From the NCBI GenBank assembly GCA_000182565.2, contig KQ257453.1: DNA of 64,000 nt, one strand, 5' to 3'. Positions 25,687-38,164 of the stretch are shown here, piece by piece. This DNA is from Spizellomyces punctatus DAOM BR117. Lineage: Eukaryota. Position numbers and translations under genes: made by a program. The notes under the pieces were generated by a model. That model was given only the letters and a program-made list of their open reading frames with translations, was not told the origin of the DNA and made no database searches. Position 1 is the first letter of the stretch, and each line of letters begins with the position of its first letter.

Positions 25687-26352
25687 TCACTGTAGTATGA
25701 CGACAATCTCCTCACTCTTTGCGAGATCAACAGGTAATCTCCCGTGCTTATCCTTCACCATAGCCACCCCTCTCGAGATCTGAAGCATTCTTCTGAGAAT
25801 GTTTACATCCCCAACGCAAGCGGCTACATGCCATGGTGTTCGCCCGTCATTATCTGCCATATCAGCTAGTGCGTCATAAGAGAGAAGGAGGTCAACCGTC
25901 GGAAAGTTACGGGAAAGAATTGCTTTATGAAGTGGCTGTATTGAAAGAGGCATTTGGATGCGTGCTATCAAGCAGATATTCAAAGGGAAATGTAGCACGT
26001 ACTGTCGCCCCAATCTCGTGCGTTTTCGCATTTGGGTCTCCTCCGCTTTCGAGAATGACTCTGCAAACATCGACATGTCCCTGACGGGCCGCATAGTGCT
26101 TTTTGGAACCAGATTCAATCTTTCACTATTGTGTATGCCCACGTTGAGCACACTCTTGCCTACCAGGGCCGTGTATCCTGCACGATCTCGTTCATCAGGA
26201 CAACATTTCAAAAGCCATTTCCTGACCTTTGCCACATCTCCACGTTGAGCACAGCCATGAATTGACCGTTCAAAGTCGAGCTCTGTGAGGGACTGTGTGT
26301 ACAGCGTCGAGAGTGTATGGTTACAGTTGGAGTTGCAATGCTGATGGCTCAT
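25687..26352 (-). CDS. ANKRD39: Ankyrin repeat protein, ANKRD39-like
   Basis: N-terminal QSLTELDFERSIHG resembles the ANKRD39 signature; ankyrin repeats GYTAL|HYAA, PLHKA and GRTPWHVAA; two introns. Confidence 0.75.
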   Translation of the reverse strand: MSHQHCNSNCNHTLSTLYTQSLTELDFERSIHGCAQRGDVAKVRKWLLKCCPDERDRAGYTALVGKSVLNVGIHNSERLNLVPKSTMRPVRDMSMFAESFSKAEETQMRKRTRLGRQYVLHFPLNICLIARIQMPLSIQPLHKAILSRNFPTVDLLLSYDALADMADNDGRTPWHVAACVGDVNILRRMLQISRGVAMVKDKHGRLPVDLAKSEEIVVILQ

Positions 26353-26913
26353 GCGATGGAGAATGTTGCGCGAACAAGCCCGAACACTGACTCACCGTGA
26401 CTTGACTCAAATTGGGGCAATTAGGGATGAGCCACGTCCAGATACGAATTGTTCATGAACGTGCGTCGTTGCGCAAATGCAAAATGCATTCATAATAAGC
26501 AATTGTACGTTGATGAGGGGGGGGATGACTGAAGGAGGGAAGATCAGCAGACTTTAACATCTTATTAGTAAGGTCAAGATTGCATGATAAGGTATCCCAT
26601 CTTCAAACTCAATTATCCGCGGGTGAAAACGCTGCCAAGCCTTTCTCCCTTGCATTCAGCAGGAGCCAACAGGAGCCAGCAGGAGCCTGCCTCATGCAGG
26701 GTGTTCCCGCCCTAGGCCATCCCTCAACGGCTGACGGATTCGCTCCAAGGTGAGACGAATTCGACTTTGATCTCATATGAACCTGTATCCTGCAGATAAA
26801 CCGGATGTTGAAGGCAGGAGGGTCTCCCAAGTACAAAGAGTGGCGAAAAGCAAAATACCGCCAGTTACAGATTTCAATTATTATGAGGACGTTACACTTC
26901 CACAGGGTACACG

Positions 26914-28065
26914 TTATAGTTGAGCAGTAACCGCCCCCTCTGCCGCCTTTTTATTTACCAAGACGGTCCTATACCTCACTAACCCTTTCGTCAACCTGTC
27001 AAACGAAGTGTCCAATGCCTGTGCGCTCATCTCATCTTCCTCAATAACAGGCTTGATTCCATGTCGATTCGCAAACTGCAACATTTTGCACATGGCCCCC
27101 CTTGACGCAACCAGGCTGCCCATAAATCGAATATTCCTCAAAATAAAGACAGTGTGATCGCGTATCTCCAATTCTTTCTTATCGTCCTGCGCACCAACAG
27201 TGCAAAAGATGCCGGTGGGCTTCAGCAGTGAGAAATAATAATCATAGTCGAGGGAGGCGGACACGGTGTTAATAATGAAGTCAAGTTTGCCGAGTGATCC
27301 AGTGGTTTGAGGTGTGCAGAACTCGTGCGCTCCCATTTTGAGTGCTTCGTCCTTTTTATTGTCCCGTGAACTGAAAGCGACAACGTGGCATCCCCACGCT
27401 CTCGCGAATTGCAGTCCTAAATGCCCAAGTCCACCAATTCCAATGACACCAACTCTAGCGGTTGGACTAACATTGTTTTCAAACAAACAGTTGAACATGG
27501 TGGCTCTAAGGACGTATAGAAAGTTCGATTAGTGTCTAGTGAAAGGGAACATCGCAAGCCATCTTCTGACGTACCCAGCACACAAAAGAGGAGCCGCATA
27601 CTTGGGTTCCAAACCTTGAGGGACGGGATAGAGGAACCTGGCATCCCACACCGTCTTCTCGGCAAATCCAAATAATTTGCCTTCTGGAAAGATCTTGCGC
27701 TTTGGACAAAAGATCTCAGAACCTTTCAAACAAAGCTCGCACTTTAAGCAGGCAGATCGGAGATAGCCAAATCCAACCACATCTCCAATCTTGACGGTGA
27801 TGCCAACAACTCCGTCGGCCTCTGTGGTCTGCTCTGAATCTACTTTGGCTTGTGGGCCGAGATCAAGCACTCGGCCAACAACTTCGTGTCCAGGAACAAT
27901 GCCTTCGATGCCAAAACTGTACATGTCCGTGTGACAGATACTACAGGCCAAGACCTCAATAAGGGCATCATTGGGCCCCAACGGCGGAAGTTCCACAGTC
28001 GATTTCACAAAGTGGGGCGTCGGACTAGTCGTATGGACGTATGCGGTCGTCGTAATGGCAGACAT
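26914..28065 (-). CDS. Zn-dependent NADP alcohol dehydrogenase (cinnamyl-ADH/ADH6-like)
   Basis: CSICHTD, PGHE, structural-Zn CLKCELC...C, APLLCAG, GIGGLGHLG; one intron near 27570-27508. Confidence 0.93.
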
Positions 28066-29002
28066 CTTTGAAACTACAGTCCAAGAAGGCAAAGAGAAGC
28101 AAAGATACAAAGGGGAGGAGCTTTTGATGATGTCTTTACGTAAGGCTGAATTTTCATGCGAGTGTTAAAGGGAGTGTTGGGGGCTGGATGCTCCGTAAAT
28201 GGATTTGTTGGGGGTCGGAAGCTCCGTGAATGGATATCTTGTCGGGCTTGGGGTGAGGATCCCAGTATCCGTGTTCACTATTATTGAGTTTTTCGGACAC
28301 TGTGTGGGGTGGTGAATATCGCGATAAGGCGATCCAAAAAATTGTGGAGAGTTCGCTTGCATGGTGTGGCGTGGGGGTTGGGCTTACCCTTTGTTTTTTG
28401 TTTTTTTTTTGACACTGCAGGATCGGCGCGACTGAGTAGAATCCTCAATTTTCTTGGACATGCTATGGGATAAACTTGGAAACGATTGATTGACAATACT
28501 ACAAGTACTTGTGTCAGCGGTTACTACATGTTGGAGATCCTGGCGAAATATATCGTCAAAGTCCTTCAATAGCCAACTGATGGGACCGGCAGTGACAGTA
28601 CCATTAGAGTTGGGCCTTCACTTTCTGACTTCCGACTGCGCCCAACAACACCCTGTAGAGCAAATAACAAATACAGAACCCCCATTTGGCCCATTAAAAG
28701 CGGCCAGTCTTCGAAAATGTCTCATTGTATCGTGCAGATGCAGAGTTATTTGTATTCTGAGCCCCACGTGAGGTTGACATCCTGACACTTGATGACAGTA
28801 ACAAAGTACCAAGTACTACCTACCGCCGCAGAACGTCCGATATCAAGTACCAGTAGGACGCTACCGATTAGACTTAACCTTAACCGAAGACGTATCTCAA
28901 TCATTCAGTTCGTAAGGGTCAAATATATCCTTTTCACATTGCATGTACAGTAACCAAAAAAAAAAAAAACTATTTACAAGAAATGTTTGCTACCTGCTAC
29001 CA

Positions 29003-29542
29003 TTATTCCCTCCATTCCCTCCACATTTCACTTGCTTCCTTGACCAACTCTGGCAAACCCGTCAATGCCGCGACTTCAAACAATCCCAACGCGGGGACAA
29101 AACTCTTGACCATGTCCACGTCCTTGATTTCAGCAAACTCGCTACAGACGCCTTTCAGCGTCCTTGTTTGCAGATCCCATAAATGAATTTCCTGAATACT
29201 ATGCATGCTCCCACCAAACTGAATCAGCAGTGCTTTGTCCGCATGCCACAAGTGAGCAAAGGCACGCTCCCATTGACCACCGTGTTGCACCAGTAGCTTC
29301 AAGAGCGTTCTTCGGGGTCCTGGCTCCCAGGTGTTGTCCACAAGGGCACGCCCCAGTGCTTCGTGAATGGTTTTTGACGTTCGGAGTAGCCTGTCAAAGT
29401 GTTGCTGCAAGACAGATTGGGGGCTAGGAAGGTGCGCATGTAGGGTATAACACGTCTTGTGCAATGAGGCGAGTGTTGATAGCGGTGCGTGGTGCGCAAT
29501 GTTCAGTACTAACTCCAATGGTAATGTCGTTGACGTTGTCAT
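29003..29542 (-). CDS. Hypothetical protein with an N-terminal F-box-like motif
   Basis: Single-exon 179-aa ORF beginning TLPLELVLNIAHHAPLSTLASLHKTC, which fits the F-box pattern LP.E....I...L....L.....C. Confidence 0.6.
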   Translation of the reverse strand: MTTSTTLPLELVLNIAHHAPLSTLASLHKTCYTLHAHLPSPQSVLQQHFDRLLRTSKTIHEALGRALVDNTWEPGPRRTLLKLLVQHGGQWERAFAHLWHADKALLIQFGGSMHSIQEIHLWDLQTRTLKGVCSEFAEIKDVDMVKSFVPALGLFEVAALTGLPELVKEASEMWREWRE

Positions 29543-30149
29543 ACTGTCTCGTCGTCTGGCTGAAAGTTCCTGGTGAAATGGGGTTTGGAAAGGAGACCTG
29601 GAAGAAAAAGGGCGGAGTTAAGACATTAGTCAAACTTTGTATTGACTCGGTGGGTGATACATCTAAGATGACTGTGCCACATCATATGACCAAACAAGGA
29701 GTTTATTAGTCGTAATCCTGGTGGGAGGTCCAGACGCCGAATGGCTCCGCGTTTTTCTCCAAGCTGCTCGAAGATGATCGTTGGTTCCGGGTGGAGAGCA
29801 TGGAGAAGCAAGAATTTATTCAAGGCTATGCGATAATCTTTCTGCAACATGCACATGCCTTTCATGTGGCGATGAGGCCCGAGCGAGCAGACGCCTTCAG
29901 CACTTTTGACATGTGGTTGGTTGGTGGGTTGACTGTGGTGGGTGTGCATGACTACTGAGAGGTAGCACACACAGAACAGTCCATTTTCCATGGAGCTTCC
30001 CTTCACGGCACTCTCCCATTGTCGTTTCTTTCAAACCTCAAACCGGATGTTGGCCAATAACCGCTACAAGTCGTACTCGCCTGTGCGTCAAAACACGACC
30101 GGTGCCCAATCGATCACGAGCCAAGCATCTGGTTTTCTTCTAGTCATGT

Positions 30150-31043
30150 CTATAGTACAAAGGGTATCACTGCTTTCCTATTCTTGGGGTACTTTTCCCC
30201 AAAAGTTCGTCGATACCACTTATTTGTTTGGACGGCCCTGGGAACCAAATTCGCCAGCGTCCACACCCAAAATCCCACTGCGGCCGTCTCACCATCCATA
30301 AAAAGTGCGTATCCCGTCCATTCAACAATCTCTCCAAAGTAATTGGCGCATGAAACGAACCGATGCATATTCTCCTCTGGTATGAAATACTTTCTCCCGT
30401 TCGACAGTGTTACACTCCCCTGCTGGCATGGCACCTTTTGCCGTCGCAACCTCATCAATTCGTTGTCCGATATGATGTTCACGTACATTCCCCACAAAAA
30501 TAATGCGATACCACAACACAAGGACGCTCTTTTGTCATACTCCCATATTGATCGTTCTGCATATTTCCGTGCCACAGCTCCATTCCACGTCCCATTTACC
30601 AAATTGAACAAAATGGCCGCAAGAACGATCTCAATGCGAGTGGGACTCATGTGGGGTGCCCTGTACGTATATACAAATACTCGATTGAAGTAATGCAACG
30701 TCCAGCATATGCACGCGACGGTTCCAAGTGAGAACAGTTTAATGTCCGCTTGTCGCTGTACTTGCTCAGGATCCGAAAAGAAGGATAGCAGAAAGCATAT
30801 TGGACTAACTAATTCTTGAATGAACCAGCCTGCTTTGCCTGGCACCGTAAGTGTATATCGATTCGTTGCGTGGAATCTTCCTACAAAGATTTTTGTGTGT
30901 CAATGGGCAAGCTGACGCCCGCCTGTACTGGGTTCTACAACTGTACCATATGATGCGGGCTGCAAAAAGAGATAGGCTGATATGATCAAGGCAGTGGTAA
31001 ACCACGCGGTTTCCCATGAGGAGGTTGGAATGAGAACTTTCAT
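30150..31043 (-). CDS. 3-oxo-5-alpha-steroid 4-dehydrogenase (SRD5A/DET2 family)
   Basis: ASYG|RF, AGWFIQE, HYFNR, SCANYFGEIVEWTGYA, ANLVPRA...WY...FGEKYPKNRKAVIPF. The start could extend to 31217. Confidence 0.92.
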
Positions 31044-31262
31044 CGTCAATGCTAGCAATCGCAAATACACAGAGAGTGATCCACATTCTGCTGGGAGGTT
31101 TCCATGCCAACAAGACATGGTTGGGCAAGGATCGCGCAATTTGGCGGCAAGTGAAGGCAGAGTGTCAATTACCAGGACCGGGGACCTCCAAATGACCAAA
31201 CCAAAAAGACCTAGCATCTGTCATTCGTAGTTTATTAAGCACTTACGCAAAGATTCAAAAGC

Positions 31263-31888
31263 ATGTCATCGTCATCGACAGGAACCCCGGGAGCTCCAAA
31301 ATACATTGATGCAGAAGTACTCGCCTCTCTCGTTCGTGATCCCACAAAGACTCCCGGAAAGGACTATGTTGTAGTTGATGTTCGTGGGGAAGACTTTGGG
31401 GTTGGTTGACCACGGCAAGATGCCGGATAAAAGCTGGTCTGCGTGCTTGAGAATACTTGAACCTAACAAACTGAAACGCTCATGCTATTTTCCTTAGTTC
31501 GGCAACATTCCAGGCGCCGTAAACATACCAAGCCATGAATTCTTAGACCGTCCTCGCGATTTTGTCGAACCACTCAACTCAGTGCCGAAAGTCATATTCC
31601 ACTGCGCACTGTCACAGGGTGAGTTTCTGTAGTTGCAGCAGTCATATATCTGTGGGGATTGTAACGTTCAGAACATTCAACCTAGTCCGAGGTCCAAAGT
31701 GTGCGAACCACTATCAACAAGTCTCGGCTGTGGTGCGTGGCCAGCAGGAAGCTGCTAAAGAAGGTGAAGGAGCCCCGCAGGAGATTCTGATTTTACGTGG
31801 TGGGTTCCAGAACTGGCAGAATTTATATGCCAAGGAGAGCGATTTGGTCGAAAACTACAATGCGCAGTTTTGGAAAGAGGAGCTGTAA
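31263..31888 (+). CDS. Cdc25-like rhodanese phosphatase / arsenate reductase (Ych1/Ibp1/Acr2 family)
   Basis: YVVVDVRGEDF|GNIPGAVNIPS...VIFHCALSQ|VRGPKCA (HCx5R active site), ILRGGFQNW; two introns. Confidence 0.9.
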
Positions 31889-33867
31889 TAAGTTATGATA
31901 TATGTATAATGAGGCTGCAAAAGACAGGCAAACCCTGAGGCTTTGCAAAGTCTCTGTGTCGCGGCTTGTACTGCATCGCGGCGCTCAACGTCGCCATGAT
32001 TAGCCTGAGAGATGTGCTAGATATTCTTGAGAGTTATGATAATAGAGGTCGCTCCTCTAAGACGTTGCAAATATGATCGAATGAAACTGTCTCGTCATCC
32101 CATCTATTGATACTTCAGAGGGGGCTTGGTCCCGAAAAGTTATGCTGCTTACGCGAAATGGAACAAACGTGAGCAGAAATTCCAGAAATTGTCAACGGGG
32201 TCTTGGATCCAAGTATTCGGTAACGAGGACAACGACGTCATTGACCCGCAGTGGTGGATTGGCAAAAGACACCAGAGACCGAGATTCGGGGGAAGAGACA
32301 TCCGATTTTGCTTTTTAGGTTATTACGCGATTTGTACAAAGAAACGACGTAATTCACGACGTAGTTAGCCCCGAGTTGTAGAGAGAGAAGCTTCCGCGGG
32401 CGACCCAGGTTCCTAGTTTTCGGGAATGAGTTCAATTAGGATTTTAAAGTGCTTATGCGTGTTACCTGAAATGGCGGAGACAATTTTCCGAAATGTCAAC
32501 CGGTCCGCGGTCCAAGCACTGGAAACATGCTAATCCAGTGTGAATGTCCCTCGCATGATCTCCCTACGAGTACTGAGTCGGTGGTGAAGACAAGACAGCA
32601 CTAGTACGCAGGATTGCAAAACACACAATGGTCAAACTCACGAGAAAGAATTGCTATGTGATTTTGAGATCGAGTACTTTCGTCGAGTCTTATATCATCA
32701 CGGAACGTATCGATAGAACAATGAATGTATTTCCGCAACTGCGATGACCGAAAGAACGAAAGACAATTCGCTTGACAACTTTCCATCCAAGTTATGGTTA
32801 ATAACACGGACACGTCTAGAAAACCACATCAAAACTACATCACTCTGTCTCTCTGGTAACTCATCTGTAGGCTTCGGCCTACTTCTTTCGGACTGTTTGT
32901 TCTCGCGCCGTCCATGCCCTGGTGTACTCTTTACTGAACGGAACTTGGCGCTACCAAGGTCCATCCGTTTCACGGAAGGACATCTCGACCTTGGACGCGT
33001 CGGCAAAAGTCGACGATGGGTCGACGATGTCTTGGTTTGGAAGGAGGCATTTTTGCAGTGTTCCTCTGTACAAGAAAATCGTCAATCACTCTGATATCAA
33101 AGTCCCACTTGTGTAATCTCGGGTTGCCTTCATCTGCTTCTTCTGGGTGACGAAGTTTCACTCTAATCTGATGCGCCGAATGAACCTTTGGACGGATATC
33201 ATGAGCGGTCGCTGACTGGTAGCCCTTGACCGAGTGACTCTTGTATAGAGAGGTAGAAGTCTTTGTTCTACCAGCAGGAGGCTGCGATCCCAACATCATT
33301 CCGTGCCATGGACGAATATCCGCTATCAGCGATGACTCCTCAGCAGATCTGTTGAATCGCTGGAATGGCTGGTGTCGAAAGCACTCCCGAGATAGCGGAC
33401 GAATCACTGGAAACGGCGGCGGAATTCCCGTACATGTCTTGTCCACATGCAGTGGTACGGGATACTGTGCTCATGCACCGGTCAAAGAGCAAGTAGCTTT
33501 TCGAGACACAAGCTCAAGACTGACAGCAGAAACCTGAAAATACGGCGTATAGCGGCGAACAGAAGACTCGGCGCGTTTTTACTCTACGTGATGGAAACAC
33601 GACGCGCAACATGAGAATACTAGTTGCGAATGGGTTTTTGAGCAGCCAACATACTACGAACGACACTCCCATCTCTGGCTCAACGAGGATAGCGGATGAG
33701 CCGAGTGCGAGCCAGTTTAAAATGCGCAGTAGCGATGAAGGAGTGGGTAGACCGGATGGTGGTCCTCTCCGCGCGAACCGACTCAGTATATCACTCTTCT
33801 ATATGCGCACTAGAACCATGCCCATATGTATTCGAGAATGAAGGTCATTGTGCATCTCCGAAATAAG

Positions 33868-36710
33868 AACATTCCATAACCCCGCATGGATGACGTGTTG
33901 TTCTGAACTACACATCGTAAAAACTTTAAAATCTTCCTCCGAAGAATATCCCCTTGTTTCCATAACCTTAATGCACCCGATTTTGTGGACCAGACCAGTC
34001 CTCCGAGCCGAGCGGCCTTCCGCAAGGTCAGGGGGTTGGCCCCTCTCCGAGGTGTCCACATTCCATATTCTCGGAGCGATGACATCGAATTCATAACCTT
34101 AATCCACGCGCGCGGGCGGTTGGCCGCTCTCCGAGTTGTCGACAGTATTCCATATTCTCGGAGCGATGACATTGAATTCATAATTTTAATCTACACGTGC
34201 GGGCGGTTGGCCGCTCTCCGAGTTGTCTACAGCATTCCATATTCCCGGAGCGATGACATCGAATTCATCTGCACGCATGCCCACGCGCGGGCGGTTGGCC
34301 CCTCCGAATTGTCCACATTCCGTGACTTCGAATTCATCTGCACGCCTCTCCGAGTTGTCGACCATATTCCATATTCCCGGAGCGATGACATCGAATTCAT
34401 ATCCTTAATCCACGCGCGCGGGGCGCTCCGAGTTGTCGATGGTATTCCATATTCCCGGATCGATGACATCGAGATCATAACCTTAATCTACGCGGTTCTT
34501 CATATCCCCTTAATGGACCCCAGTTTGTGGGCCCTTACCCGAATCAAAATGTCCTACATTGCCGGTCCAACCGTTGAAAATTAAGCTTCCGCGGCCATCC
34601 ATATTCCCGGGTCAATGACGTTGTTGTTTGCCGAATAAATCTCGGAGCACCAAAGAGAATTATTCCACATTCAAGTCGAATCCCGTAGCATGTACACACT
34701 CCGTACATCGTGTCACTATACACGCGAACGGGCTCGTCAGTGATTGGCTACGTTTACACCCGGAACGATTCTTGGTGTACTCGCCAATTAGTTTTCCTTT
34801 CAATGCCAAGTAGGAGAGAATTATAGAAAGTTTTTCCGCCGCACTCGGGAAGTAAAAACCCTAGGGGAACATTCATCTGCAGAATCAAGAGCGGTGCATC
34901 AAAGCCCATCACATATATTGCGGAAACGAGCGATGTACGTGATTCTTCGATTAATCGTACAACACAGCGTCTGTATGCAATTTCTTTGTCGATATGTCAC
35001 CCAATTCTGACCAGAGCTCCATCTCCCAGTACAACGATGGCAAGAGGCTCGTTTCGGGATCGAGGAATGCCGGTCGTGAGACCGTACCCTTGCCGATGCA
35101 CTTCCATGCAAGGCGAGGAGCCAATCGCGGTGTGAATCTGGCAAAAAATATGCGCCTTTGCGCAGTTGCCAATAGCAGTCAGGAGTGATGACTTTCTCTC
35201 ATAAAATGGCGCAACCGTTGTCCCATCTCCCCATCATTGTCTCGCTCACCCATCTTCAAATCGCTCGGGAACAGCGGTTTTTGCCTTCTCTCTTGACGTA
35301 ACACTTACGCTTGACTGTCAGCCCTAAAATGGGAGCGTCCCATTCCTCCTTCATCTACTGCAATGGGTGTCTGCGAATTGAGAAACCGGTAAAGTTGGGC
35401 AGTTTGTGCTAGAGTTGATGGGCGAACCATGGGTCAAGCTTCCCATGGGATCGGAGGAGAATACCTTAAGAACTTTAATTTGTCACACCTGGAGATTTGC
35501 ACCAATGATGCTTACCGTCCGTGTCTCGGGGTAAGGATACACGATGCTACGGTAGGTGTCCTCACATCCCATTGAATTGCTGCTCGTTTTTGGTGGAAGA
35601 TGCCATTGCATTGGCCTATGGCAAGGAAGCATTGATCCGCAAAGCCTTTCGTAAAATCGATCATCAATTCCTACGATGGCGCTGTGTATGAAGTCAAACC
35701 TTTGGAAACATCTTTGCTGAAAAGAGTGTCGATACGCTTACTGCCAGAGATGCCGGAGAGTTTGAGCTTATTGTATTGTCCAAACGGGAGAAAATGAAAT
35801 TGCTGAAACGGAGGCTGAAGAGGACTAAACTTGAATCTGGCGACTCTAATTACAGAAAATAGCATTGTTTGGAAAATGATCATTTTATGGACGAGACAAG
35901 GAAGTTTGCTCAATTTCGGGGATATTTTTGGAGCTATGTCCCATGGAGTCTGCCTTCAGTAGGACGATGAACATAACCTCACTGCAGACGAGATAGTGAG
36001 TATGAGATTAGATAATGGGATTTGCTGCGCCGTTTCATCCATCTCCTACTGCGATCGGCAAAGTTTATCATTTGGGGTCATAAGTTCGAGGACGAGATGC
36101 ACCCGAATCAAGTCCCCGAATTTGGGCCGCTTCCGCCTTTGTTTTAGGTGAGTGCTCAAGTGAAAAGATATTCGAGGGCAATTGGACGTGGCGTCAGCGT
36201 TTGTACATTCTTGTCACACAGCCATACGCAAGTAGGACTGACCTGCTATATCGCCGCTAACGATAGCGCTAAAGATAGCGCTAAAATGAACATGAGGAAT
36301 CTGCGGGAGGTGATCATGTATGGAACCGGACGATGGGACGATCCGAGTGGAACTTGTCGACAATGTCGAGTTATTGACGTCAGAGCTTAAACTTTAAAAT
36401 CCTAATCGCAATCGATTCCACAATTCGAACATTCCATAGTGCGGGTCAATGATGTCTGTTAACCTTAATAACCTTAAACAACCCGAGTTTATGGTTTCGT
36501 GAACTCAACTGCGATGGTCTTTGATCCGGTGTGATGGATCGGAGATACCGGCGTTCTGGAAAGTAACGGTCGCGATCTGATCCACAAACTGGGGTGCATT
36601 TAGAGTTATATTATTCGCCAAAGAGCGACGTCATTGACCCGGGAATATGGAATCAGGGTTACGGCGTTGTGAAAGCCTCGCTTCAAGCTTTGGACCAGCC
36701 CACAAACATG
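33868..36710. mobile_element. Putative non-autonomous foldback/TIR-type DNA element with a decayed interior
   Basis: 41-bp inverted repeat, 34598-34638 versus 36611-36651 (37/41 identical, first 24 nt perfect), built from the same motif as the tandem array. No transposase and no clear target-site duplication. Confidence 0.5.
34034..34530. repeat. Tandem array of about 87-bp units (ATTCCATATTCYCGGAGCGATGACATCGAATTCAT...GGGCGGTTGGCCGCTCTCCGAGTTGTC)
   Basis: Unit anchors at 34060, 34147 and 34234 (87-bp period), a partial unit at about 34317, then 34366 and 34444. Confidence 0.95.
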
Positions 36711-36948
36711 GCTTGCGACGTTCATTGAATCGGTAAGCTCGACTTGTTAAGAAGCTGTGCTGTCCATGTATGCTTTTGCACGATCTATTGGCACTGTAAC
36801 AATGCATATTAGTTGCAGGCAGGGTGTGTGAGAAAGTGTGGGGATGCGCAGCCGAATATGAACAGCACAGTGGATGTTGAGTAAAGTGAGTGCGCGCCTC
36901 TGTGAACATGACGTTCATCTAATCTGTCGACTACAAGATGTCACTCTG

Positions 36949-37398
36949 ATGCAGCTTCACCAATACTCATCTCTGGCTCGCCCGAACTCCATTAATACCT
37001 TGTTGAGAACAGACCAAGCCTCTAGGTTCTTTCCGCCGGATACCCTTATGTACGCGAACCCTGTTCCTTTCCTCTCAAATCTGCACGCTGTGTACCCATC
37101 TCCCTCTGTCTACGATGCTTCAACACATCTGCCTCAACCCTCTCCGCTCGGAAGTCTCACCGCTGCCGGTGATGCCAGTCCTTACGCTTATCTCCAGTAT
37201 ATAGAACGGCATGTTGATGATATGATTCCTTTGGCTCCAACGATGCGACACCACGAGGAGGATGAAACCGAGACAAAGCGACAGAGGAAAGATTCAGTGT
37301 CAATTTTGGCTGCGGGAGCAGATTCCCTTCCACCAGATACCACCGATGGGTCATTACTCGGTCTTCCGAGTCCACATGACCTGGTTATTCAAGGATAG
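36949..37398 (+). CDS. Hypothetical low-complexity protein
   Basis: 149-codon ATG-initiated Pro/Ser-rich ORF with a KRQRK basic patch; no domain recognised. Confidence 0.3.
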   Translation: MQLHQYSSLARPNSINTLLRTDQASRFFPPDTLMYANPVPFLSNLHAVYPSPSVYDASTHLPQPSPLGSLTAAGDASPYAYLQYIERHVDDMIPLAPTMRHHEEDETETKRQRKDSVSILAAGADSLPPDTTDGSLLGLPSPHDLVIQG

Positions 37399-38164
37399 GA
37401 CTAGAATAGTGACCGCACTATGTCTCTCCCAGGACAGTAATAATTGAGTGGCGGTATCGCAACATCCAATACACCCACACTCGCACCCGCACGCACCTAT
37501 GACAGTGCATAGGCTATAAACCTTTACCAGATATACAACTCATCTGCTACTTCTATTAGCATCGGTAAAGCCGTATCCGGCTGCATGACTTGGATATTAT
37601 GGAGGAATCATGATATGAGAGTGCACGTTGCTCGCGCTCGGGATCGGTCCGTCTCTTCTTGAACGCCTTCGATGACCGTGTTGTACACCCTTTGACTTTT
37701 TTGAATTCGTTCCAGTCGAAAATGGAGCAGCTCATTTATCGTCTGTAGGCCTTCCGTTTGCCAACAAGCTATCTTTTGTTTGTTAGCCAGTTTTCTCAGT
37801 CAGTTCCTCAATCCTTTTCTTATCTCGACCCAGAAAGCTCGATCGGATTTAGCCAATGTGAAACACAGTTGAGCCCGTTCGAAGCTTCTGATATTGCATT
37901 TTCAAGCAGTTGTAGCAAGTTACGGGCCGCTGTCGGTCAAGTTATACGGTAAACATGTGCAGTCGGATGTCTATGACCTAGCTTGACCTAGGTTACCAGT
38001 AAACTTAACCAAAGCAATCAACTCATCCTTAGTCAACAAGGAATAGATCGATAGAATATACATGGCGCTAATACTGTGAAGCTGACGAAATAGGATACTA
38101 GTTGCTAACTTTCTATAAGATGCTCAATTCCTTCCCTAAAATAAATTGTTGTCGGTAGTTGTTT

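Noticed and set aside
29626-30006. 126-aa minus-strand ORF between the F-box and steroid reductase genes
   Set aside because: No motif and no convincing gene structure.
32698-33446. Overlapping minus-strand ORFs
   Set aside because: Possibly a fast-evolving gene, but no domain, start codon or consistent splice model could be supported.
33985-34584. 199-aa repetitive ORF (IPYSRSDDIEF repeats) and a CRISPR-like appearance
   Set aside because: The ORF starts at GTG and follows from the 87-bp unit being a multiple of three. The 'spacers' are homologous to one another and there are no cas genes.
36435-36444. CATAGTGCGG resembling my recollection of the Spizellomyces Fanzor element end
   Set aside because: Only 10 nt, explained as a variant of local module M1, and no omegaRNA scaffold is visible.
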